Source of the DNA: Phaeosaccion multiseriatum | Lineage: Eukaryota > Protista > Ochrophyta, other classes | Direction of reading: 5' to 3' | NCBI GenBank assembly: GCA_965112735.1 | Contig: OZ218956.1 | Location: 3,782,001-3,846,000 of the forward strand | DNA length: 64,000 bases | Part shown: piece after piece, positions 50,482 to 63,900 of the stretch | Numbering within the stretch: the stretch's first letter is position 1 | Layout: each line of letters starts with the position of its first letter | Notes under the pieces: model-generated | Told to the model about the DNA's origin: nothing | Databases searched by the model: none | The model's input: the letters and a program-made list of their open reading frames with translations, nothing else | Position numbers and translations under genes: made by a program

Positions 50482-52878
50482 ATGGCGTCCGCCGCGACGG
50501 AGAGCACGGCGGAGGCGCCTGCCACAGCAACGGCTCCGGCACTGGTCCGCAAGCAAAGCTCCAGGAGGGGAAGTATGGACGCTGGGGCTGCAGCGAGGAG
50601 GTTGAGTTTGCAGGACATGAAGGGCCCACGCAAGAACGAGGTCACCACGCAGCAGCTGGAGCAGAGGGAGAAGGTCAGTACCAGGGCCGGAGCCAGCCAT
50701 GGAGCGGGCCAAGCAGCAGCTGCGAAGCAACAGCTGTGAAGCAGAGCACCTTTCCCTTGTCGGTTGTGCAACAAGCAGCAAGGAAACAGAAGAGCTTAGA
50801 GTTTAGAGCCAGCCTCTTATGCCGCACCAACCCCATCCCTAACCTCGCGTAATACACCCCCCTCCAGAACAAGGAAGCCCGCCGCCGCTCCTCTCTGATG
50901 CGGATGGGACTGGGCGAGTCGCTCAAGAGTGCAGCGGCAGTGGCTTTGGCCGAGGGCGCAAACAAGGCTCAGGAGGGCACGGCGGAGAGGACGCCCGGGG
51001 AGCAGCTCGAGCAGATGCTCACACATGCCAAGGAGAAGGGTGAGTGAGAAGAAGAGACTAGTCGCTGTGGGGGAAGGGGGGTAATGACACCCGCTGTACC
51101 TGTAGAGTGGAGTGGTGAGAGCCTAGTGGGAAGCACAGAGAAGAAAGAGAGAGAGAGAGCAGCTGCGCTTTACTCTCTTGGAGGTGCAAGAGGTGTATAA
51201 GCGAGAGAGTGGAGAGAGTACATCACACCTGTCGCCTCCCCTGCTCACCCCCATCCAATCCTTTCTCTTTGTGCCCTCTGTCTCTTTGGCGCAGGAGTGT
51301 GTGCGGAGAAACTGTTCGAGTTCTTCGCGCCCCGCGGAGAGTCCAGCATCACCCCTGAGGCCTTCGAAAGCGGCCTGGTGCAGCTGTGCCCCGCCCTGTT
51401 CAAGAGCCTCTCCAAGGACAGCGTGTCACAGATGGTGAAGATGTTCGACTCGAATAACAACGGCCTCATCGAGCTGTCGGAGTTCATGGAGTTCTGCCTG
51501 AGCATCAACTCCCTCGCGTGGAAGGCAGAGAAGGCCCGGCGCCTCGGCAACACGGACACGCAGCCCGACCATGATCACCCCATTGCCAGCGCCGCACGGA
51601 ATGTGGAGCGCCGCAGGTCTTTAGTAGTCTAAAAGCGCTTACTGATGGGGCAGGGGGGTATGCATACGCCTGCCTCGGCCACTACTTCTCTCTGTGGCCT
51701 GACCCGTTTCCTATACCCACGTTGTGCTGACAGGCTGTTGATCTGCCCGCCTGCCCCTCTCTCTGTCTCACACGTGCCCTCCTCTCCCTCTCCCTCTCCC
51801 TCTCCCACTGCCTGTACCCATACTCCTCTTGCTGCTAGGAGCATGCTCAAGGCTATTCCTCTGGGGACCGTGCTGCATACCTCCTGCAAGCTCTTCTGGC
51901 GCTCCAAGATGAACGTCGACATCGCCATCTGTGAAAACACGGATGAAAAGGTCATCACCATCAGCACCCGCTGCGTGGACACGGGGGAGGTGTTTCCCGT
52001 GTTGTTCCTTGACGCCCTGAAGATCCCCATCTCGAGAAAGGACGTCATTGCCTCGCTGGAGAAGGGCGTGGACGCCAAGGACGTAAGTAGCGAGGTTGGG
52101 CGCGGGGGGGGGGATTAGCGACCAGCCGCTAGCTGTGGATCTCGCCTTCCCTCTCGCTGATGCTCTCTCTCTCTCTCTGTGTCTTTCTGTCTGTCCGTCT
52201 ATTGGCTCTTATTCTATCTACTGCCTTCTCTCTCCCTCTCTGGCCTTCTCTCTCTCTCCCACCCTCTCTCTTCCTCTCCCTCTCCCTCTCCCGCTCCCCC
52301 CCCCCCTTCTCTCCCTCTCCCTCTCCCTCTTCCTGTTCCTCTTTTCTCGCTCCATCGCCTTCCTCCTTTCCCCCTCCCCCCCCCAGCTATCAGCAATGGA
52401 GGCAGAGGAGAAGGAGAAGGCGATCACTGAGCACAGGGCCAAACTTGTTGTGGAGTATCTGCTCCACAGGCTCAAAATCAAGTGAGTGCGTAGCAAAGGC
52501 GTAAGTGTACCCCTGGTTGGCTGTATTCCCCACTGCTCGGCTCACCCTTGACGCCGATGCCACGCAGTCCGAATCAGGGAGAGAGACGCATATGCACACA
52601 CACTGCTGACCAGCCTTGTCTGTCCGTCTGTCCGTCTGTCCGCCTGCCTGCTCTGCCCATGTGTTTCCCCTGCTTTGCTCTTGTGCCTGCCCTACTCTGC
52701 CTGTATGCCCGCATGCCCCTGCTTGCTTCTGCGTCTCTCTCAAAGCGACGACGGGGCGTGTGACGTGGACGGAGGCGTGGAGAGACGCCGCAGCAGCGCG
52801 GGAAGCGCAGCAATGATGGCAGCGGCCGCAGCAGCCACAGCCATCGCCGCTGCCAATGAGGGGGGGGGAGGAGGAGAC

Positions 52879-52914
<36 letters not shown>

Positions 52915-53552
52915 GGAGGGGCGGCAGCTGGTGATACAGTCGGTGAGCCCTATATAGTGAAGCTGAGCAACGACGAGTACGACACACTGCAGATCTTTGG
53001 AGCTTTCACGGTGGATGTGCCACACTCCTTCAGGGCGAGGAGAAAGAGCAGCATGGCAGCCTTTCGGAGAAAGAGCGCAGAGGTGAGGAGGAGGTCACAG
53101 ATGGCTGGTGAAAGGCCGTACTCTGCTAGAGGGTGACAAGCTCTTTCAAGGGACACGCAAAGCATGCTCTTGGCCTTGCTTTGTCTTAATGCTCCTTTTG
53201 CCTTGCTTTGCCTTGCTTTGCTATGCAGTGCTCGGCTCACCCCCCCCCCCCCCCCCCCCTCATCCACTGCCATCCCCCATCGACTGCCATCCCCCCATCC
53301 AATGCCAACCCATCGACTGCCATCCCCCATCGACTGCCATCCCCCCATCCACTGCCATCCCCCCATCGACTGCCGTCCCCCCATCGACTGCCATCCCCCA
53401 TCGACTGCCATCCCCCCATCGACTGCCATCCCCCCATCGACTGCCGTCTCCCTAAGGTGGACGCTATGGCTGACGACATCGCTGCTCTGGCGGTGATGGC
53501 ACAGGAGAAGCTCGAAAAGGCAGAGGACACGCTCTCCAACACCAACTCATAA
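50482..53552 (+). CDS. EF-hand calcium-binding protein; exons 50482-50673, 50868-51039, 51295-51616, 51839-52082, 52387-52481, 52746-53082, 53457-53552
   Basis: Canonical EF loop DSNNNGLIELSE preceded by a degenerate EF hand. Junctions are phase-consistent GT-AG. Confidence 0.8.
53261..53450. repeat. 17-19-bp minisatellite (CATCGACTGCCATCCCC[CC])n, last intron of the EF-hand gene
   Basis: About 10 tandem units ending just before the acceptor. Confidence 0.92.
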
Positions 53553-54269
53553 AGGATGGCAGTGGATGGGGGAGAGATGGCAGCGGATGGCTGCCCTGAC
53601 GCTATCGTAGTGGTTGAATGAATGCGTATACACCACCGTATCACCAACCCTCTAACCACCGTATCACCACGAGGGAGAGAGAAAGAGAAACGCAACGAGC
53701 GATGGCAGAGGCACGAATGGCAGTGGATAGAGACAACGGGAGGGGGGTGGGTATATAGAAAGAGGGTAGACCGATGGGGGGGGGCTCGACCCTTGCATCC
53801 GGAGGCATACAGAGGCGCAGCGTCTCCGCACCCCAAGACCATGTCCTTTGGAAGGGCGCCGATTGAGTGGTTTCAGTGCCAGTTTCAGTACCAGTTTCGT
53901 GCCCGCGAGCGAGAGTTCGGCGTGCTAGGGTTGTTCTCTCCAGGGGGGGGGGGGTCCCAGGGGTGCAAGAAAGAGAAGGCGCAGGCGTAAGCGTTTGTAT
54001 CTATATATGTACACCAATAATGGTTTATCACCAATATCAAGCCTTCTGTCTCTCCTCCGTCTGGTGCCATCGACGTGCCTTCTCCGTTTCCCTCTCCATC
54101 TCTTTCTCTCTCTCTTTTCTCTCTGTGCGGCAGTCAGTCAGTCAGTGAGTCAGTCAGTCAGTCGGTTAGTCAGTCCGTCAGTCCATCTGTGCTGACAGAT
54201 GGGCCCCATCCCCCATCCAAGACCGTCCACTCGAGCCCCCCCCCCCCCCCAAGTGACACACATCCCAAG

Positions 54270-54885
54270 TTATCCCTCGAAGGCAGGCAGGAGGTGCCCA
54301 AACACATTCCGAAACGCCAGGGCCTGATCCGGCGGCGGCCAGTCGCCACTTGTGAGCCTCTTCGAGTACCCGGGGGGCAGGCGGCCCAGAGCGCGCGTGA
54401 AGGCCACGTCAAAGTCCGAGCGTACAGGCAGCGGCTGTAGCGAGGAACCGTGGCGATGCGGAAACCCTCCGTTGCTGCTGGTGCTGCCCGTGTTACTGCT
54501 GAAGGCAGGGGCAGGGGCGGCCCCTTCTCCTCTCCCTCCTCCTGTGGGACTGACGAGAGGCGCCGCTGCCATCGGAGAGCGAAGAAAGAAGGGCGAGTGT
54601 AAGGGCGACAAGGGCCCTTCGGTGGCCGCCCCTGCTGACAGGGGTCCACCCCCTGCTGACAGGAGGGGTGCGGTGCTGCTCAGTGACGCCATCTGTTGTA
54701 CTGGGGCGGTGCTTCCCCTCCTTGTTCGCACCGTGGACAGGCCCTCCAAGTTCACTGCGGGCATTGGAAGCATAGCCTGGTGCTGTACTCCCAACTGCTG
54801 CTGCTGCTCGGCGAGCGAGAGGAGGCTTGGCGTGTGCCGGAGAGGGTCGGGATGCGAGCAGGGCTCCTCCTCTCCATCCTGCTGC

Positions 54886-54926
<41 letters not shown>

Positions 54927-57900
54927 ATCACCAACGGGGCTGCTGCTCAGGATACCCGCATGGGCCAAGGCCATAACGCTCCGATAGAGAGACGCTCTCG
55001 GCCGTCTCTTGCCCCTCCCACTCCCTCCCCGACTCCCTCCCCGGTCCTGCCCCCCAGGCTGCCCCTCGAGCCCCCTTTGCCCTTCGGAGGCTGCCTGCCG
55101 CTCTGCCTGCCGCTCTGCCTGCCGCTCTGCCTGCCGCTCTGCCTGCTCCTCATCATCGAGCAGAGCGACGACGGTGCGGTACATCCAGTCCGACGACTGA
55201 GACACCGCCGGGCCTCCTCCTCCTCCTCCTCCTCCTCCTCCTCCTCCTAGCACCGCTGCTTGTTCACCGATAAGTGTCGAGACAAAGCCCCCCCCCCCCC
55301 CCTCCTTCTCCTCCTTCGCCCTCCCTCCACTGGCGCTACTCCCAGCGGCGGCGGCGGCAACGGCTGGGGACACCTTCGACCCCGGTTGGAAGCGCCTCAG
55401 CAAGGGGTGGGGCTGTCCGTGGCCGCCTTCACTCATGTATGCCATCTGCTCCTGCATCTGCTGCTGCTCCCTCTGCTGCTGCTGGCGGTAGTAACCCTCT
55501 TCCTTGCCTTCCTTGGGCCCCCCCCCTCCTGCCCCCCCCCCAAGCTTGTCCTCCATCTCCTTGAGGGCGACCCTCCCAGCTGCGGTGGCTGTGTCCCCGC
55601 AGAGGGCCCCCACAAGCACCCACACCTGAGCACGACGAGAGAGGGGAAAGCTTGAGTTAGTAATGGTTTAGGTACGGTAAGTAAGGTAAGGTGAAGTAGG
55701 GGTAGGGATGGATAGAAGCAAAAGGTCTAATGAGCTGAAACTGAACCTCAAACCAGCAAGCCATCACCCCACACGCCCCGCACCTGCCCGCTGGGCCGGC
55801 CCTGCTTGAGAGCGCTCTCTGGCAAGGGCAGAGGCAGCCCCATTCTGGCGCACAGCCACCACAAGTTCCAGAACAAGTCGGGCTGCTGCTGGGGCATGCT
55901 CTCCAGGCTGAAGGCCCCCTCCCCCTCGCTCCTCAGCAGCTGCTCCAGCCGTTCGCGCACCAGAGAGGGACTCAGGTACAGGCAGCTGTGCAGCTCCTCC
56001 TCCTTCTCCTTCTCGCTGCTGGTGCGAGAGTCAGCAGCAGGGGCTTCTTCTGCCGCTGTGATGGTGAGTCCGGTGGGCGTAGAGTAGAGCAGAGCAGAGC
56101 AGAGCAGAGCAGGGCAGGGCAGAAGAGACACCGTGGGGAGAGGGAAGGGCGCAGCATGGACACAGGGGCGTAAGAGGAGGCAAGCCAGTGTATAGTTGGC
56201 CAAGCTGTTGTGCATACGAACGATTCTAAGCCGAAGCCTAACTCTATCATCAGCGCTACATCGCATGGCAGTGTACGGCAGTTCTATGGCAATCGATGGC
56301 AGTGTATGTCAGAGTATGGCAGTGCATGGCAGTGCATGGCAGTCTATGGCAGTCTATGGCAGTGGATGGCAGTGTATGGCAGTGTATGGCAGTGTATGGC
56401 AGTCTATGGCAGTGTATAGCAGCATATAGCAGTGTATAGCAGTGTAAAGCAGTGGATGGCAGTGGATGGCAGTCTATGGCGGCGCATGGCACTGTATGGC
56501 AGCGTAAGGCAATGCGTGGCGCACCCCCCCACGTACCCCCCCGCTCTCTCTGTCTCACCTTGCTCTCGCTGAGCCTGACTTTCGGCAGTAGCGCAGTCGT
56601 CGGCATTGTCCGCGGTGGGAGATCCAAGCCGCGCAGGGCTGTTGCTCCTGCTCCTGCTCCGGCTCCTCACTCCCCCTCCCCCCCCCCCTCGCCTGCCCCG
56701 AGTGTTCTCCCAAAGAACTTTCCTATCCCGCCAAGAACGCTCGACGGAGAGGTCAGGGAACGTGCCGAGGATGGCGATTGCGGCGACCCAGGGGGCGATT
56801 GTGTGTGTGACCCAGGGGGTGACCGAGGTGACCCCAGAGTGGACCCCACAGAAGAGCGTGGGGAGCGTGGTGAGCGCGGAGAGCCTACCCTGCCCACGAG
56901 CCCCTTCAACTTGGCCAGGGGAGACCCCGGGGGAGAGGAAGCCCCCGGGGGGGATCCGAGGGTGGAAGAGAGAGGTGAGCCCAGGGGGTTAGGGGGCGGG
57001 TAAACGCCCTGATCCGAAGAGGGGGAGAGCGGGGAAGGAGGCGTGTGTGTGCGTGTAGTACCCTTCTCCTTCTCCTTCTCCTTCTCCTTCTTCTTCTCCC
57101 TCTTGCTCTTGCTCTTGCCCCGCCCCCCCCGCCTCTGGGCGATGGGCGAGAGGGACCTGGAGCGCCGCAACAAAGGGAGCCTCCTTCCCTTCCCCCCCCC
57201 CCCCTTGGGCGAGGAGGAGGAGGCGGGGGAGAAGGGGGAGGACGACAAGGCAGACAGATCCAAGGTCACAGCGAGCGGCTTGGAGCTGGAGGTAGAGGTG
57301 TCAGGCAGTCCCTCCCTCTCCCCCTGCCCCTCCTTCTGCTTGTTGCGAGCGTCCGATGTTGCTGCACTGGCGCTGCGCTCGTCTCTGCTCTGTGCTGCGG
57401 GTGCGAAGGTCACGCCCAAGCCACCACCACCACCACCACCTCCCTCTCCGCTGGTGCCCTCGTCCTCTTGACTGCCAAGCTTTGCCGTAGAGCCAACACG
57501 CTCCCCATGCCCCTGCCCCTGCGGGCCGGTGACGTCACTCCCCGCCCCTGCACTCTTGCTTGTGCCTGGGCTTGAGCTACCCTCCGCAATGGTCGTTTGT
57601 GTGCTGCTGCCCTTTATTCGCGTCGGGAGATTGCAGAGAATTTTGGTTCTCCTCTCTGCTCCTCCTCCCCCCTCGTCCGCGGTATCCACATGGGTATCAC
57701 CAACTGCTGCACTACCCCTGAGGATGGCAAAGTGCAGCCTGTGCAGGTACATCCTCCCACAACCTCGACACTGCACCTTGCGCGTGCCCGTGGTGATGGC
57801 CCAGCTGTAGAGAGCAGGGGATGGGGGATGGCACCAGACGGAATGAAGGAGGGGAGATAGCACCGATGGAGGGTTGGAGGGGAGGTGCAGGGGAGGGAGG

Positions 57901-60900
57901 AGCAAGGCGGGGCGGGGACACACAGGACCAGGAGGAGGAGGGTGAGGTCAGCCAAGAGAAGCGCCGTCTGTCTGTGACCGGCGAGCTCAGCACAAGCAGC
58001 CCAGCGTGACCTATTCAATCCCTCCCTCTCCTTCCGTTTCATCGTACGTCCCAAAACACGCGCACCACAAAACAAGACTAACACTCTCTCTCTCTTTGTA
58101 CCTGCTCTGAATCTCCTCATCGAGCGGCGTGTATCCGCAGCACTCGGCCGCCGCTCCGCTCCACATGCACACCACCCCTCCGACCCCCAGCAGTTGGTCA
58201 TCCAGCTCTGCCCCCCCCTCCCCCTTACGGAAAGGCAGCAGCCCCGGCAGCGTTGACGAGAGGCACACGCTTGCTGCCGACGTTTCTGTGTGCTGCACCT
58301 CCTCGTCCCTCTCGTCCCCGCTGTCTTCGTCCGCTGCCATCGCTCCTCCCCCTCCTCGCCCTGCTGCTGGCCTTGCTGCGCTGCTACTACCGGGCTGGGT
58401 CTTGAGGGTGGCATTCGAGACATGAGAGTGAGAGGTGGCAGAGGTGGCGTTGGAGGTGGAGGATCGGCTGCCCAAAGAGTCCACCGCCTCCTTTGCCTCC
58501 TTCCCGCCCGCGGCATCGCTGCCCATATGACTGCCGCTGACTCCGCTACCGAATGATGCCAGGTCGCCACTGCGATTCAAGCGCACCCCCCGAGGCCGCG
58601 GCTTGTGCTGTTGCGGCTGCTGCTGCTGCTGCTGCTGCTGTATCACCAACTGCTGTGGCGCCGCGCCCTGTGCTCCGCCTCCGCCTTTTTCCACCTTCTC
58701 CTGCTGAGCCTCTGCCTTGGCCGAGAGGCCCCACACACTGCTCCGCCGCCCGAAAGGGCTCAGGCTGGCGCTTCCCGTGGGAGCCGTGCCTTTCAGCCTC
58801 TGCTTCTCCTTGGTGGAGCTGCGGAAGGCCGGCAGCCCGCTGATGCTCCTCCGGCGCCTGCCCGGTCGGTCCAATGTTCTGCTGCCTTCCTTGCCCTTGC
58901 CGGTGGTGGAGGAGGACAGAGGGGAGAGCAGATCAAGCCTCCCCCCCTGGGCCCCTTCCCCCTGGGCCCCTTCCTTGCCCCCTGCCTCTCCTGCATCTCG
59001 CCCTTTCTCTTCTTGCTCCTGCTGCTGCTGCTGCTGCTGCTGTATCATCAACGGCCGCACCGAGCCATCTGTAGCAGGAGCCGCAGCCGCAGGCGCCGCT
59101 ACCCCAGTAGGCCCACTGAGCTTCATCTGCTCCAGCCAAGAAAGAGCCTTGTCTCTGTCCCCCGGGGGGATGTCCCCGGCGGTGGCCCTCCTCGGGCTCT
59201 TCTTCCGCAGGATGCTGAGCACACGCTTCCTCTCCTCCTCCTCCTCCTCCTCCTCCTCCTCCTCCTCCTCCTCCTCCTCCTCCTCCTCCTCCCCCGTCTC
59301 CTCCTCCTGGCGCCTCACCGCACGGCCACTGGTACTTCGCCACTGATTGACGCCCGTGAAAGCCCCCTTCGGAGCACCACCACTCCTGCCCCAACTTTCA
59401 TCTCCTCCGGTGGTCGCCCCCTGTGATCCCCTCCTCCTCCTTGCCCCCCCCAAGCCTAAGCCCCCCGCCCGGCCCCTGTGCGGCGAAGACGCGGACGAAG
59501 GAGAGGAGAACAAGTCTCCAGTGGAAGCTCGGTGACGAAGGCCCACCACCCCCCTGCCAGTACCAGCCCCCCCCCCAAGCTTGCCGAGTCGCGGCCTCCG
59601 GAGTGCCTCTACCCCCTTACCGAGCCGCCACACGAGCCCGTCCGTCTCGAGCCCCTCAAGACGAGGGTCCAGTCGAGTCATTGCCGTCTCCAGCGCTCTC
59701 TGCCGGGCCAGGCGCGCCTCTCTGCTGCTGCTGCGGCTGCTGCTGCTTCCGCCATCTGCTGCCATCTGCTGTGCCTGCCCCCCGCCCTTGGCCCCTTTGC
59801 CGTCTGCGTGTGCGATGGTTTGTGTGTACACTCCGTACGTGATGGCGTTGGCGCGGACGATGCCCCCGGGGCCGAGCTGACCACAGATGGCAGCAACACG
59901 ACAACAACACGGCATGGATGGGATAACAACATACAGCAACACGCACGGAGGCGGTGGGGGGTGGGATGGCGCACGGCTTTTTAAGAAGGCACTCTCTGCC
60001 GCACCTATACCCCAACCCCCTCCTCACCCACCCACCCACTCACTCACTCACTCACTCACTCAACCATCGACCCACCCACTCGCCCAACCACTCACTCACC
60101 TACCCACCCACCCACACTCACTCACTCACTCACCCATTCACCCACCCACCCACCCGCCCAACCACTCACACTCACTCACTCACTCGCTCACTCACCTATC
60201 CACACACCCACCCACCCACCCACCCACACTCACTCACTCACTCACCCATTCACCCACCCGCCCAACCACTCACACTCACTCACTCACTCACTCACTCACT
60301 CACTCACTCACTCACTCATTCACAAACTCACTCACACACCCATCCACACTCACCCACCCACCCGCCCAACCACTCACCCACCCACCCACCCACCCACCTA
60401 CCCACCCAGTCCCTCACCATCTCGTGGAAAAGCCTCACTGCGTCCCTGCTGTGGTCCCCGTCCGCCCTCCCGCAGCTCAGCATGAGTGCTCTGTAGGCTG
60501 CCTCGTCTGGCCGCAGCCCCTTCCTCCTCCTTGCTGCAGTGAGCACCCCAAAGGCCCTCAGCAGCGCTCTCTCGGGTGAAGACAGGTGGTCCCAGAGCAT
60601 GGACACGGCAAAACAGAGGAAGTAAGACCCCAGGAAGTGCGTGGCCAGAGCTCGTGGCCTCTCCCAGTGGTCTCGTACTACCACGTCGCCTCTCCCTCTC
60701 CCGCCCAACCTCCCTAGGGTGTCACCCCTTCCCAGAGGCCGGGATAGGGAGGACCCAAACACCGCGCCGCCGCCGCCGCCGATACTCTCCCGGCGGGTGG
60801 AGGGCTTAGAGGGGTGAATGGGTGGATGGTAGTGGATGGTAGTGGGCGAGTGGGTGGGTGGACAGAGGGAGAGGAGAGAAGACGTGGCGCGAAAGCCGGG

Positions 60901-63900
60901 GAGGGGAGGGGAGGGGAGGGGAGGGTAAGGGGGGGGTAAGGGGAGAGGGCTCCAGGGCTGCGAAACTGAATGACGCCCTGCTTGTTGCTCCTCTCGAGGG
61001 AAGTCTTCGCTAGAGGGCACAGAGGGCAAAGCTAAAGGGGCACATTGACTGACCGACCGACCGACCCATCAGCCAACCACAAGCAGCTCTGGCAAGGCAA
61101 GAGGATACACAGCCCGCCCTACTCAACTCGTTCCTTACACCTCCTGACACCCACCCACCCTCGCTCTGTCCTGACACCCAGCAACTCACCCTCTTGCCGC
61201 CCCCCGGGGAGCCGATGTCTGCCCCCCCCTCCCCCCCCCCGGGCGTCGCTCTCTGGCGCTTGTTGGTCTTTTTGGTCGTGGAGAAGAAGGCGCTACCCCC
61301 CCCTCCTCCCCCCGCCGCTCCCGCCGCTCTGCCGCTGCCTCTCCCCGAAGCTCCGCCGCCCTCCCCAGGAGTATACGCTCGGGCCGCCGCCGCCGCCGCC
61401 GCCGCCGCCACCTCCTGATTTCCTCTGACAAGTACTCGAGCCGACAGGCCGCCCCCCTGGGACCAGTACACCCCTCCCCCTCCTCCTCCTCCTCCTCCTA
61501 CTCCTCCTCCTCCTCCTCCTCCTCCCCCATTCACTGCCATCTGCTGCCGATGCTGAGACGGAGAGCCCGCCAGCGCTCCTTCCTTCCCCCCCTCCACGAG
61601 TTGGTTCTTCAGCAGCTCCACATCGAGTCGCCTTGGCCAGCCCGCCTCTCCGTTGGCAGCCGTGTAACTGTAAGTCGCTTCCTCCCCCCGGGGGGCGGCA
61701 AGGTTGTTGGAAGGCCTCAGAACGCGAGTGCGTAAGTCGAGGAGCTCGACTTTCTGAGAAGAGGTCAGAGAGCCGCGCCGCGTAGACGAGAGGCGCGAGG
61801 ACCCTCTAGTCAGCGCGAGCCAAGAGAAGAAGGAGTCCGTGCTCCGATCGCTATCGCCCCCTTGCCCCTGTCCCCCCTGCCCCCCCTGACCCCCCCACGC
61901 TTGACTCCCTGAAGAGGTCGATCCGCGCGAGCTCGCACTAGGAAGGGGGTCAAACTTGCTCCACTCCTCCTCCCCCTCCCCCTCCTCCCTCCCCCAAGGG
62001 GAGCAAGATGAGGCGCGAAGAGCATTCCTTAGGGGGGAGGGCCGAAAGGTCTGTGCGAAACGGTGCTCCCCTTGAGCAGCCTTGCGCTTCCTGCTGCCTC
62101 TGCGGTGCCACCTGCCGACCCCACTCGAACTCAAACTGCGTCGGACAGGCTTGACACTGCCGGTGCTGTTGGCCTTGACCGGTCCAAAGCCGTTGCTCGG
62201 GCTGCTTTCCTCCGCCTCTTCCTTGCCCCGCCCCGCCCCCTCCTCCTCCTCCTCCTCCTCCTCCTCCTCCTCCTCATCGTCAACATCATTATCAGATAGA
62301 ATGATGTTAACCACCGAAACATCAAGCCCGCCCCTCTTACGCCGCCTCCCCCCCTTCCCACCCTTCAGAGTTTTCGGCAACGTGGAGCGGCGCATGTCCG
62401 CCTTGTCCACCTTGGTGGACCTCTTCAAGTGGAAGCGCTGGCTCAGGCCAAGGCGACGAGCCCACCCCCCCTTCTTCTTTTTGGGCTTGTCCACCTCCTT
62501 CTCCCCACCGCCGCCCGGCTGCCCCTGCCCCTGCTCCTGTTGTACTACCAACTGCTCCTGCTGCATCACCACCTGCTTCTGCTTCTGCGGGGGCTCGCCG
62601 CCGATATCGGACACAGCCTCAGCATCGCCACAAGGGCTGCTGCTGGCTTTGGCGTCCCCCCCCCCCTGCCGTGGGACTTGGTAATACGGTCGCTGCCAGC
62701 ACCGCGTGGCCCGTCGCCTTGGTGGTGGAGGCCCACCCCTCCCCATCCCCCTCCCCATCCCCCTCCCCATCCCCCTCCCCATCCCCCTCCCCATCCCCCT
62801 CCCCTCCCGCCCACCCTGGCCTGCCGCCACTGCCACCCTCCCCTCCTCCCTCCATCCTTCCCTCCTCCCGTCCAGCCCCTCCTCCCCCTCTGCGGTCCAG
62901 CACAGGCGACTGAAGCTCCCCCCACCGGCGTTTGGCCTCGCTCCTCGTATCACCAACTGCTGTGGTGGAGTCTGTGAGGAGTGTCTTGCGGCGCGGATGG
63001 AGGGTAAAGTCCTGCGGCCTTGCTGCGTACGTCTCCAGGCAGTGGTCGAAAAACGCGCACCTTGTGTGGTGATACAGCAATAGGGGGGGGCGTTGGTGGT
63101 CCGTGAGACGCGCATGCCAGGTGTGAGACGTGCATGCATTCTCTTACTCTTCGCTACTCACCCCTCCACCATCCACTCCTCCCTCCTCTCTCCCCACTCC
63201 CCACCCCACTTGTCCGCATTCCTCACAGACCTCACTCCTCAGTCGTCGCTACTCACATGGGGTCGCTGCTCTCTGTGCGCAATTGCACGAAGTTGGCGAA
63301 TATCTGCGTCTGCATCAGCGCCTGCAGGCAGGGGAGGCTCTCCTCCGGCGCCCCCGCCAAGAAAGCGCGCTTATCGAACCACTCCCCGCCCCCCACGGAG
63401 CGCCAGTGCACGGAGGGGGGGATGAGGGAGGCAGAGTAGCCCTTTAACAAGCCGCACATGCAGCACAGAGCTGCCTCTCTTACCGCGGTGTTGTCCAGGG
63501 GCGCAGGGGGGCCATCTCCTCCTCCGGCTGCGTCTCTGCTTCCCTTTCTCCCGCCCCGCATGCCTCCTCCCCCCAACCCCCCGCTGCCTCCACTTCCCTC
63601 CTCGCCGCTGCCCTCCCCCCCGCTGCCCTTCCCTCTCCCGCTCCCGCCAAGGCTACTGCGCCGCCGCCGGTCCCTCCTCCTCTCCGACCCCCTCCTCCCC
63701 CTCTCCTCCTCCTCCTCCTCCCCCTGCTGCTCGGGCGTGAGTCCAAAACTAAAGGGCACCGTCTGCTCCAGCAAGACGGCGGCATCCCCTGTCCTGAGCT
63801 GTGCCTTGTCTAACAAGTGCTGCCAGCGCTCCGCCAGAGCGCTTCTCAGAGAGGGGGGCAGCAGCATGCCGTCCCTCAGCCTGGGGCCCAGAGCTGCACC

